Assembly: GCA_043819075.1 (NCBI GenBank)
Contig: JBDRFE010000003.1
Coordinates: 1-42,202 of the forward strand
Reading direction: 5' to 3'
From: an archaeon
GTDB taxonomy: Archaea; Iainarchaeota; Iainarchaeia; Iainarchaeales; 1-14-0-10-31-34
DNA: 42,202 bases
This document shows, piece after piece, positions 26,962 through 35,712 of the stretch. The notes beneath the pieces are model-generated. The model saw only the letters and a list, made by a program, of their open reading frames with translations, did no database searches and was not told the origin of the DNA. A program made the position numbers and the translations under genes. How positions within the stretch are numbered: position 1 is the first letter of the stretch; each line of letters starts with the position of its first letter.

Positions 26962-28227
26962 TCATTTATCATTAAGCTGGGTTTGATTTTCAATTATCCT
27001 TGGAAAAGGCAAAGGAATAATGTATTTTCCGCCTTTACGCTGAAAGTTTTTTGTTTTTTCAATTAATTCTTTTGCAATAGTCCATGCAAAAAGTACAAGG
27101 TAATCAGGCTTTTCTTTTTCAAGAACACTGCTTTGAACTATTGGAATCCTGTTTCCTGCAAAACTTTTGTTTTGTTTTGTTGGCGCATCATCAACAATAA
27201 AATCAATGTAATTGCTTCCAATTCCGCAGTAGTTAAGCAAAGTCCCTGCTTTTGCTGCCGCACCATAACCTGCAATTTTCTTTTTTTCTTTTTTTAGTTT
27301 CAGCATTAACTGCAGAAAAGCTATTTTTACTTCTAAAGTTTTTTCTGCAAAAGCCAAATAAGTGTTTAAATCATACAGTTTGTTTTTGTTTTCCAGCTCC
27401 AAAAAAGAGTTAATGTTTTTTTCCTGTATTTTAATTTTTTTGTTTTCTGAATGCTTTGCAAAAACCCTTATTGAGCCTCCGTGAATTGGAATTTCCTGCA
27501 CATCAAAAACAGCCATTTTTTCTGATTCAAGCAATTCCAGCAATGGCTTTACCAAAAAATAAGACAAGTGTTCATGGTAAATTGTATCAAACTCGTTTTT
27601 TTCAATTAAATGCAAAGCATAAGGGAACTCTAAAATGAAAATTCCATCTGAATCCAAAACTTTTTTTACTGCCTTCAGGAAACCGTGAACATCATGTACG
27701 TGGGCAAAAACATTTGTTGCGGCAACCACTTTGGCTTTTCCTTGCTCTCTGATTACTTTTTCTGCGACTTTTTCATTCCAGAATTCAACCAGAGTCGGTA
27801 TTCCTTCTTCTTCGGCTATTTTGGCTAAATTTACTGCAGGGTCAACTCCTAAAACCCTGAAGCCAAGCTTCCTGAACTCTTTGAGCATGCACCCGTCATT
27901 GCTTGCAATGTCTAATACAAGAGAATCTTTTGTGTGAGGAAAAAATTCTTTTATGTATGCTGCCATTAAAGCAAAATGTTTCTGGAAAGTAGTGGAAATT
28001 GATGTCCTGTAAGCGTAATCAGAGAAAAGCAGTTCAGGGTCAACCACAACACTTAATTGTGAAAGAAAGCATTTATTGCATAAAACAACCTCTAAAGGAA
28101 AAAACAAGTCTGTTGTTGTTTTATTGGCTTCAACTAAATTGTTTGCTAAAGGCAAAGTTCCCAAACTCAAATATTTTTTCAGTTCTTTTGAACCGCAAAT
28201 CCTGCATTCTTCAAGCTTGAAAAACAA
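26962..28227 (-). CDS. NDP-sugar C-methyltransferase family protein, copy 2
   Basis: CRIC...CNKCFLSQL, DIASNDG, NVFAHV, FDTIYHEHLSYF, HGGSIR, GYGAAAKAGTLLNY. Start placed at TTG 28227 (uncertain). Confidence 0.88.
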   Translation of the reverse strand: MFFKLEECRICGSKELKKYLSLGTLPLANNLVEANKTTTDLFFPLEVVLCNKCFLSQLSVVVDPELLFSDYAYRTSISTTFQKHFALMAAYIKEFFPHTKDSLVLDIASNDGCMLKEFRKLGFRVLGVDPAVNLAKIAEEEGIPTLVEFWNEKVAEKVIREQGKAKVVAATNVFAHVHDVHGFLKAVKKVLDSDGIFILEFPYALHLIEKNEFDTIYHEHLSYFLVKPLLELLESEKMAVFDVQEIPIHGGSIRVFAKHSENKKIKIQEKNINSFLELENKNKLYDLNTYLAFAEKTLEVKIAFLQLMLKLKKEKKKIAGYGAAAKAGTLLNYCGIGSNYIDFIVDDAPTKQNKSFAGNRIPIVQSSVLEKEKPDYLVLFAWTIAKELIEKTKNFQRKGGKYIIPLPFPRIIENQTQLNDK

Positions 28228-28305
28228 AAAACCCCTTTCCTGAACTATTAGATACCAAAACAAGCAAACAACACTTTAAAAATATTTTTAGGAAACAAGT
28301 GTTTT

Positions 28306-29256
28306 ATGGGAGAAAAAATTGTGGTTACAGGCGGGGCAGGATTTATTGGCTCAACTTTAATTGAAGCGTTACTGGAAAAATATGATTATGAAATAACTGT
28401 TTTTGACGATTTTTCTACTGGATACATGAAAAACCTTGATTCTGTTAAGGGAAAAATAAAAATTGTTGAAGGGGATATCTGCAATTTTAATGAAATAAAT
28501 AAAGTGTTGGCTGAAACAAAATTTGTTTTTCATATGGCTGCACTCAGTTATGTTTCTGAATCAATAAAAGAGCCTGAAAAATACAATAAGGCAAACATTG
28601 ACGGGACATTAAATGTGCTGATGTCAGCAAAAAATAATTCTGTTGAAAAAGTTTTGTTTCCCAGCAGCTGCATTGTTTACGGCGAAACAAAAACAATTCC
28701 TATTCCTGAAAGCGAGCCATCAAACCCTAACACACCTTATGGTTTGACAAAACAAGTGGGAGAATTTTACTGCAAGTTTTTCACTGAAGTGCATGGCCTT
28801 GACACGATTTGCCTTAGGATATTCAATGCTTATGGCCCAAGAATGCAGAACAGAGTGATGTCAATTTTTGCTAACCTCATGATTCAAGGCAAGGAGCCAA
28901 AAGTCAGCGGGAATGGAAGACAGACAAGAGATTTTGTTTTTGTTGATGACATTGTTCAGGCATTTATTCTGGCAATGAATGCAAAAAAGAGCTTGAGCGG
29001 AAAATCGTTTAATGTTGGAACAGGGAAAGGAACAGACCTGAATGAATTAATTGAGAAAATAAACAATGACCTTGGAACTCACATTGAACCTGTTCATGGA
29101 GAAATTGCAACAGGAGAAATTGATGCAATTATTGCTGACACCAGATTGGCTGAAAAAGAATTGGATTTTAAAGCAAAGATTAATTTGAATGAAGGATTAA
29201 AGCCAACAATAAAATGGCTAAAAGAAAAAAACAGCGCCTATTTTTTTAAGAAATAA
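28306..29256 (+). CDS. NAD-dependent epimerase/dehydratase (UDP-glucose/GlcNAc 4-epimerase-like SDR)
   Basis: VTGGAGFIGS, DDFSTG, HMAA, PYGLTK, LRIFNAYGPR, GRQTRDFVFV. Confidence 0.9.
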   Translation: MGEKIVVTGGAGFIGSTLIEALLEKYDYEITVFDDFSTGYMKNLDSVKGKIKIVEGDICNFNEINKVLAETKFVFHMAALSYVSESIKEPEKYNKANIDGTLNVLMSAKNNSVEKVLFPSSCIVYGETKTIPIPESEPSNPNTPYGLTKQVGEFYCKFFTEVHGLDTICLRIFNAYGPRMQNRVMSIFANLMIQGKEPKVSGNGRQTRDFVFVDDIVQAFILAMNAKKSLSGKSFNVGTGKGTDLNELIEKINNDLGTHIEPVHGEIATGEIDAIIADTRLAEKELDFKAKINLNEGLKPTIKWLKEKNSAYFFKK

Positions 29257-30218
29257 GATATTAAGCCTACTCCTGCCCCAAAAGACATTGCCAAAATAAA
29301 AATGTAATATATTACTATAGAGTAAATTAAAAATAAAGGGCCGCCTTCTTTAAAAAGAAACAAGTAAAATTTTAAGTCCGTCAGAATAAAAATAAAAAAC
29401 AAAAACAGAAAAACATAAGCAAAGACAGGACAAAAGAAAGTTAAAATTAAGGAAACAAAAGATAAGCCGGCAAAAATAGCTCCCAACCCTTTGTTCGGAG
29501 TTACATAATTTGAATCAAAGCTTTTTCTTTTCAGCATCAGTGGAACCCACATCATAGACCTTTTGAAAAGTTTTTTTACCAGAGTCCAAAAAGGAGAGCG
29601 ATAATGGTTATGATCAAACTGGATTTTCTTATCCAGAAGAATCTTGTATTTCTTTACTATTCTGTGGCCCATTTCATAGTCTTCAACATCAGCATCTGCA
29701 TAAGTTGTATCAAAACCATTCATTTCAAAAAATATTTTTCTTTTAATTGAGCCGCCAGTTACCATAAAAATCGAAATAAATTTTTTGTTAAGATTGTCCT
29801 GATTGTGCCACCAGAAAATCTGGAGGTTTCTGAATTTGTCAACCCAACCTGCTCCCCTAGAAAACTTTGAAAAAGTTCCGCATACACATGCAACTTCTGG
29901 GTTTTCTTCGTAATCCTGAATCATTCTTTCCAAAACATGCTTTTCAAGTACAGCATCAACATCAACAAAAACAAGAATGTTTCCTTTTGCTTTTTCTGCC
30001 CCTAAATTTCTTGCAACTGCAGGACCTGAGTTCTTTTCAAGCTTTATTATTTTGCAGGGAAATTTTTTAACAATGTCAAGTGAGTTGTCTGTTGAGCAGT
30101 CATCAATCACTATAACTTCGTCAGGTTTCAAGCTCTGATTGTAAACCCCCTCAAGTGTTTTTTCTATTATTTTTTCTCCGTTATGCAGAGGGATAATAAC
30201 AGATGTTTTAAAAATCAT
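29238..30218 (-). CDS. Glycosyltransferase family 2 with C-terminal transmembrane helices
   Basis: SVIIPLHN, IDDCSTD, GPAVARN, FVDVD, GFD...VEDYE; hydrophobic C-terminus. Confidence 0.9.
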   Translation of the reverse strand: MIFKTSVIIPLHNGEKIIEKTLEGVYNQSLKPDEVIVIDDCSTDNSLDIVKKFPCKIIKLEKNSGPAVARNLGAEKAKGNILVFVDVDAVLEKHVLERMIQDYEENPEVACVCGTFSKFSRGAGWVDKFRNLQIFWWHNQDNLNKKFISIFMVTGGSIKRKIFFEMNGFDTTYADADVEDYEMGHRIVKKYKILLDKKIQFDHNHYRSPFWTLVKKLFKRSMMWVPLMLKRKSFDSNYVTPNKGLGAIFAGLSFVSLILTFFCPVFAYVFLFLFFIFILTDLKFYLFLFKEGGPLFLIYSIVIYYIFILAMSFGAGVGLISYFLKK

Positions 30219-30273
30219 AGCTAAAATTAGGGCAAACTAATTAAAAATAAATTGCACATTAAAATCCAAAAGA

Positions 30274-31356
30274 ATGAAACTCCTGAATACTTCAAGACTC
30301 TTTTTTAATAAAGGCATGCCATCTTACCTAATTTATATAATCAGTGCAAAATGCAATGCAAAATGCAAGTTCTGCTTTTACTGGCAAAACATAGATAACT
30401 TCCAGAAGAACTCCCACCTTGAATTAAAGCTCGATGAAATAGAAAAATTTGCAAAAAGCCTTGAAAAAATTCAGTATGTTACTCTTGGCGGGGGAGAGCC
30501 TTTTTTAAGAGAAGACTTGCCTGAAATATGCAAATTATTTCATGACTACAATGACGTGCAGCAGATAACAATTCCAACAAACGGGATGTTTACAGACAGA
30601 ATAATTTCCTATGTAAAAAAAATGATTGAATACTGCCCTAACACTTATTTCAGAGTTTCATTGTCTTTAGATGCGATAGGAGAAGAACACGACAAAGTAA
30701 GAGGTGTAAAAGGGATATTCAAAAACCTTACTAAAACATATGAAAGGTTAAGCGAATTAAGAAAAACAACAAAAAGGCTGAACATTGACATCAGTTCTGT
30801 TTTTTCTTCATTTAACCAGGACAATTTTAAAGAATTAATTGATTATGTGCATGAGAACTTTGATGTAGACAACCATAACTTTCTTTTTGTAAGGGGAAAC
30901 CCAAGAGAAAAAGTTTCAAAGAATGTTTCAGTAGAAAAATACAGTGAAGCAAGAAAATATTATGATTCATTAAAAAAAAGAAATGAGAACAGGCCTTTCT
31001 CTCCTGTGATGAGGGCAATGTACGAGACTGCAATGGAAAATATTGAAAAGACAGTAAAACACGAAAAATGTGTTATTCCGTGCAGGGCCACAATAAACCA
31101 TTTAATAAGCGTGGATGAAACAGGAAACGTTTATCCCTGCGAGCTTCTACCAGAAAAAAAATTAGGGAACTTAAGAGATTATGATTTTGATTTAAGGAAA
31201 ATGATTGAAACAGAAAAAGCAAAAAAAACCAAAAAATGGATTCTTGACAGCAAATGCCACTGCACTTGGGAATGTGCAATGAATGCTAACTTACTTTATG
31301 ATGTAAAATCTTATCCTAAGCTCCTGAAAAAAACTGTTGAATATTCTATCAAATAA
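30274..31356 (+). CDS. Radical SAM protein with C-terminal Cys-containing (SPASM/twitch-like) domain, copy 2
   Basis: CNAKCKFC, GGGEPFLR, TNG, SLDA...HDKVRG, CRA...GNVYPCE...LGNL...CHCTWEC. Confidence 0.88.
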   Translation: MKLLNTSRLFFNKGMPSYLIYIISAKCNAKCKFCFYWQNIDNFQKNSHLELKLDEIEKFAKSLEKIQYVTLGGGEPFLREDLPEICKLFHDYNDVQQITIPTNGMFTDRIISYVKKMIEYCPNTYFRVSLSLDAIGEEHDKVRGVKGIFKNLTKTYERLSELRKTTKRLNIDISSVFSSFNQDNFKELIDYVHENFDVDNHNFLFVRGNPREKVSKNVSVEKYSEARKYYDSLKKRNENRPFSPVMRAMYETAMENIEKTVKHEKCVIPCRATINHLISVDETGNVYPCELLPEKKLGNLRDYDFDLRKMIETEKAKKTKKWILDSKCHCTWECAMNANLLYDVKSYPKLLKKTVEYSIK

Positions 31357-31430
31357 TATTGAAGACGAAACAGTTTAGATACACCTAATTAAAATCATTT
31401 TAAAAATATTCAATGAAAGTTTCAAATCAA

Positions 31431-31571
31431 GGCTCTGATGTAGAATACGTTTGGTTTATAAATAACTGCCAACCTGCAAATGATTTTTGCGGGTTCTTTC
31501 AAGGCAAACTGCAAAAGCTAAAATACCCAAAAAACCGCCAACCATAAAGTATATATCAGAGTATCAGAGCC
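31431..31571. mobile_element. 141-bp MITE-like / IS-remnant element
   Basis: Perfect 9-bp terminal inverted repeats GGCTCTGAT / ATCAGAGCC, flanked by near-identical 8-bp direct repeats CAAATCAA (31423-31430) and CAACTCAA (31572-31579); no transposase. Confidence 0.55.
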
Positions 31572-31629
31572 CAACTCAAAAAAAAACGTATATTTAAATC
31601 ATTTGCTCAGCGTTTTTTTATTAGTCATT

Positions 31630-33597
31630 ATGGGATTCAAAGATAGAATTAAATCTGTGGACAAAAAGCATTTGTTTATCCTGTTGCTGATTTTTTTGCT
31701 TGCCTTTGGAATAAGGGCTAATTTAATGAAATACGAATTATTCTTTGAATTTGACACTTACTGGCATGCAAGAGTCGGCTCTTATATCTTGCAGGGAACG
31801 GGTGTTCCGGACAGAGACCCTTTGGCTTATTATCAGATGGGCGGTTCGCCAATTGGATGGAAAGTTGCCCCAGTGTTCTGGTATCTTTCAACCGGAATTT
31901 ATAGCGTGGCTACTTTGGGGTTGTTTGGCTATAACAAGGAATTATGGATTGCGTTTGTGAAATTCCTGCCGGCTTTTTATGGAGCATTAATCTGTATTGC
32001 AATGTATTTTTTGTTCAAAGAAATTTATGACAAAAAAGCAGGCTATGTTGCTTCTTTTATTGCAGCTGTTACTCCTGCATTTGTTTACAGGACAATGGCA
32101 GGACAGTTTGAAGATGATGCTTTAGGCTTTTTGTGGATGGTAATAGGGTTTTACTTTTTTGTGAAAGCAGTAAAAGAAATGAATTTCAATAAAGAGTCAA
32201 TAAAAAATGCATTGCTTTCTGCATTGTTTTTTGGGGCAATGGCTTGGACCTGGGAAATGTTCATGCTTATTCCGATGATTCTTGTAATGTATGTTATTAC
32301 TACAATTGTTTTAATGTGGTTTAACAGGATTGAATCAGGAAAAATAATGCATTTGATTAAAGTTTTTCTGATTGTTTTTGTCTTGTTTGGGGTTATCGCC
32401 ACTGCAAAAGATGACGGCCAGTGGATTAAAAGAGATATAGGCTATGTTTCAAATTATCTTCCTGTTAATCAGGAAAACATTGACAGGTTCACCGGAGTGG
32501 ATGGAAGATCAGGAATATTCGGAATGACTGTTGGAGAAGAAAACACCGGAATACAGTTTTTTGGGACAAAATATAATGCATTGATTTTGTTTCCGGTGCT
32601 TGCATTGCTGATAGTATTTTACAGGTTTATTTTGTATCCGATAATAAATCTTGTTTTTAACCTGAAAAACAAAAACTCATGGAATCAGTCTGATTTTTTT
32701 GCTTTTATTGTGTTTTACTGGGTTGCAATAACTTTGTTCATGGCTTGGAGCAAATTAAAGTTCACTTACACTTTTGGCTTGGCGGTGGCAATCGGTGCAG
32801 GGCTTGTAGCAAACTGGGTTTTTGAGTCAATGAAATCAAGGACTTTATTTGAAAAAAAAATCATCGGGGTTGCATTGGGTTTCATGCTGTTAATTGGAAT
32901 TGCTTCTGGCACTTTTTTTATGACACAAAACGCTCCAAATATTGAATACACTTTTGGATGGAAACCTGCATTAAACTGGCTGAAAGAAAACACTCCAAAA
33001 GATGCTAAAATGTTTAACTGGTGGGATGAAGGCCATTGGATTACTTTTATCGGAGAAAGAGCTGTAATAGAAGATAACAGGAACATTGACTTGAATGCAG
33101 ACATTGATGCCGCAAAATTTATTTTAAGCACTTCAGAAGAAGAAGCGTATTCTTTAGTGCAAAAATACGGGTCAGATTACCTGATTTTCGGTTCAGACCT
33201 TCTGGAAAAACAGAATTCAATGGTAATTTATGCTTTTTTGGATGAACCGGAAAAAAAGAATGCATTGCTTGGAACTTATTTTGAACAAACGTATAATTGT
33301 TCTCCAAGCACTGACAAATTAAGCGGAATAACTTCATACAATTGTTCAGGAAATGTTTTAAGTGAACCACAAATTAATTCTTTGCCCACAAAATATATTA
33401 CCCAATCAAACCAGTTGTTGAATGAAAGGCTTCCTGTGTTTATTTACAGGGAAAAAGACAATTCAAGGCTTTACATGTTTAATGCTTCTGCAAACCAGGC
33501 AATGATTACAAGAATTTGGTTTGAAGACCCGACAATAACAAAGTTTCCAATAGTTTATGAGAACGCAGGCGTAAAAATTTTTAAGGTAGTGAAATAA
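31630..33597 (+). CDS. aglB: Oligosaccharyltransferase AglB (STT3 family)
   Basis: Multi-TM N-terminal domain with EFDTYWHAR, RTMAGQFEDD and TVGEE; WLKENTP...NWWDEGHWI; DNRN. Start moved to ATG 31630. Confidence 0.95.
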   Translation: MGFKDRIKSVDKKHLFILLLIFLLAFGIRANLMKYELFFEFDTYWHARVGSYILQGTGVPDRDPLAYYQMGGSPIGWKVAPVFWYLSTGIYSVATLGLFGYNKELWIAFVKFLPAFYGALICIAMYFLFKEIYDKKAGYVASFIAAVTPAFVYRTMAGQFEDDALGFLWMVIGFYFFVKAVKEMNFNKESIKNALLSALFFGAMAWTWEMFMLIPMILVMYVITTIVLMWFNRIESGKIMHLIKVFLIVFVLFGVIATAKDDGQWIKRDIGYVSNYLPVNQENIDRFTGVDGRSGIFGMTVGEENTGIQFFGTKYNALILFPVLALLIVFYRFILYPIINLVFNLKNKNSWNQSDFFAFIVFYWVAITLFMAWSKLKFTYTFGLAVAIGAGLVANWVFESMKSRTLFEKKIIGVALGFMLLIGIASGTFFMTQNAPNIEYTFGWKPALNWLKENTPKDAKMFNWWDEGHWITFIGERAVIEDNRNIDLNADIDAAKFILSTSEEEAYSLVQKYGSDYLIFGSDLLEKQNSMVIYAFLDEPEKKNALLGTYFEQTYNCSPSTDKLSGITSYNCSGNVLSEPQINSLPTKYITQSNQLLNERLPVFIYREKDNSRLYMFNASANQAMITRIWFEDPTITKFPIVYENAGVKIFKVVK

Positions 33598-33659
33598 GCC
33601 TTTGAACAGCATTAAATTTATTGTTTTAACTAGTATTGTACCAATGCTTTTATTTAATA

Positions 33660-33752
33660 TCAAAGGACAAAAATAATATAATAAGACAAAATTTGTCCTT
33701 TGAGCTATCAAAAGGCATTGTTTTCAGCAAAATTCTGCAAGGCCTTTTGATA
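33660..33752. repeat. Two adjacent perfect inverted repeats between aglB and aglH
   Basis: TCAAAGGACAAA (33660-33671) pairs with TTTGTCCTTTGA (33692-33703); TATCAAAAGGC (33706-33716) pairs with GCCTTTTGATA (33742-33752). Confidence 0.85.
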
Positions 33753-33806
33753 TAAATAAAAAAAAAGAATTAATAATTTCTTGGTTAATTTGGGGGAGAA
33801 AAAAAA

Positions 33807-34802
33807 GTGATTCAAATAATTCTTTCTTTTTTGCTAGTTTTTTCTGTTAGTTTTGGCGTTACCTTTATTATAACCCCTTTTATTATCAGGAGAATGCATT
33901 TAAGGGGGATTACAGGAAAAGACATGAACAAGCTTGACAAGCCAGACATAGCTGAAATGGGTGGAATAAGCGTAATATTTGGTTTCAGTTCAGGAATTAT
34001 TACCTCAATTTTTGTTTCAACTTACCTTGGGCCAATTCAGATTAATTTAACTGTTTTCCTTGCAATGTTCATGACAGTCCTGCTCATCGGTTTTATTGGT
34101 TTGGTTGATGACTTAATTGGCTGGAGGAAAGGAATAAGGCAGTGGCAGCATGCATTATTCCCTGTTTTCGCCGCACTGCCTTTAATGGCTATTTCTGTTG
34201 GAGACACTAATATGTCAATTCCTTTTATTGCAATAGTTGATTTAGGAATATTTTATTCATTGATTATGGTGCCTTTAGGGATTACCGGAGCATCAAATGC
34301 ATTTAACATGCTTGCAGGAATGAATGGATTAGAAGCAGGATTAGGAACATTAATTATTTCAACGCTCATTTATTTTAATTTGGTTTCAGGAAACATTGAA
34401 GTAGTGTTATTCCTTATTGCAATGCTTGCAGCAGTGATTGCTTTCCTTAAATTCAACTGGTTGCCTGCAAAAATTTTTCCAGGAGACTCTTTGACTTTAA
34501 TGCTTGGAGCAGCAATTGCTGCATCAGTTATTGTTGGAAACATTGAAAAAATCGGCGTGATGTTAATGGCATTATTTTTTGTTGAACTTGGTTTCAAAGC
34601 AAAACATAACTTTCAGAGCCATTGCTTTGGGTTGCCGCAAAAAGACGGAACATTAAAGCCAAGGCCTGAAGGAGGCTCTTTAACGCAATGGATTATGAAA
34701 AAAGGAAGCTTTACGGAAAAAAAAGTTACAGGAATACTTTTGGGAACACAGGCTGCAATCTGTGTTGTGACAATAATTTTAATTAATTCAGGGATAGTAT
34801 GA
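33807..34802 (+). CDS. aglH: UDP-GlcNAc:dolichyl-phosphate GlcNAc-1-phosphotransferase (AglH/Alg7; MraY-like family)
   Basis: GKDMNK...IAEMGG, GLVDD, NAFNMLAGMNGLEAG, FNWLPAKIFPGD; multi-TM; GTG start behind GGGGGAG. Confidence 0.92.
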   Translation: MIQIILSFLLVFSVSFGVTFIITPFIIRRMHLRGITGKDMNKLDKPDIAEMGGISVIFGFSSGIITSIFVSTYLGPIQINLTVFLAMFMTVLLIGFIGLVDDLIGWRKGIRQWQHALFPVFAALPLMAISVGDTNMSIPFIAIVDLGIFYSLIMVPLGITGASNAFNMLAGMNGLEAGLGTLIISTLIYFNLVSGNIEVVLFLIAMLAAVIAFLKFNWLPAKIFPGDSLTLMLGAAIAASVIVGNIEKIGVMLMALFFVELGFKAKHNFQSHCFGLPQKDGTLKPRPEGGSLTQWIMKKGSFTEKKVTGILLGTQAAICVVTIILINSGIV

Positions 34803-35248
34803 AGTTATGCCTTGCCTGCTCTACCGGAGGGCACTTGACTGAAATGGTTTTGCTGACAGAAGATTACTGTAAAAGGCATGAGCATTTTTTTATTTCATTC
34901 AAGAGAATTGATTCAGTTGAATTAAGCAAAAAACACAAAGTTTTTTTTGTTGTTGACCCAAAAAGAAATCCTTTTAGTTTAATCCACAATTTTATTCAGA
35001 GCTTTTTTATTTTACTGAAAGAAAAGCCTGATGCAGTGATTGCAAACGGCGCAGGAGTTTCACTGCCGGCATTATTCATTGCAAAAATAACTGGAAAAAA
35101 AACCCTTTATGTTGAGCCATTCTGCAATATTAATGCGCCATCGCTTACGGGAAAAATTGCTTACAGGTTTGCAGACCTTTTTTTAGTGCAATGGAAGGAA
35201 AACCTGAAATTTTATCCCAAAGCAAAATTTAAGGGGGGGTTATTCTGA
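34799..35248 (+). CDS. alg14: Alg14-like (PssD/Cps14F family) glycosyltransferase acceptor subunit
   Basis: CLACSTGGHLTEM, KEKPDAVIANGAGV, YVE, SLTGK, ADLFLVQW; ATGA overlap with aglH. Confidence 0.9.
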   Translation: MKLCLACSTGGHLTEMVLLTEDYCKRHEHFFISFKRIDSVELSKKHKVFFVVDPKRNPFSLIHNFIQSFFILLKEKPDAVIANGAGVSLPALFIAKITGKKTLYVEPFCNINAPSLTGKIAYRFADLFLVQWKENLKFYPKAKFKGGLF

Positions 35249-35712
35249 TTTTTGTAATGACCGGAACCCATAATCAGGGATTTGACAGGCTGATTAAAGC
35301 AGTTGACAGGCTCGCGGAAAACTTTGAAGAAAAATTTTTTATTCAGACAGGAAACTCTGAAGTAAAACCAGAAAACTGTGAATGGAAAAAATTCCTTTCT
35401 GAAAGCGATAGAATAAAAAAAATTGCTGAAAGCTCTGTTGTAATAACCCACGGGGGCTCTGGCTCAATAATTGACTGCCTTAAAAACGGGAAAAAAACTA
35501 TTGTAGTGCCAAGGGAAAAAAAATTCAAAGAACACGTAAACAACCATCAGTTTGAATTAGCTGAAGCGCTTGGCAGGCAGGGAAAAATAGTGGCATGCAG
35601 CAGCTTAGAAGAACTGGATAAAGCAATAGAAAAGGCAGGGAAAATTAATACTGAAATTAAAAGCAGGAACACTGGGATAATAAAAGAAATAGAAGATTTT
35701 TTAGGGGAATAA
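35245..35712 (+). CDS. alg13: Alg13-like (PssE/Cps14G family, GT28 C-terminal) glycosyltransferase donor subunit
   Basis: GTHNQGFDRLI, IQTG, VITHGGSGSI, VVPR...EHVNNHQFE. Start proposed at CTG 35245 (see findings); the first ATG is 35257. Confidence 0.9.
   Translation: MIFVMTGTHNQGFDRLIKAVDRLAENFEEKFFIQTGNSEVKPENCEWKKFLSESDRIKKIAESSVVITHGGSGSIIDCLKNGKKTIVVPREKKFKEHVNNHQFELAEALGRQGKIVACSSLEELDKAIEKAGKINTEIKSRNTGIIKEIEDFLGE

Noticed and set aside
31630..33597. AglB motif WWDEG instead of WWDYG
   Set aside because: The fourth position varies among archaeal AglB proteins; the WWD core is intact.
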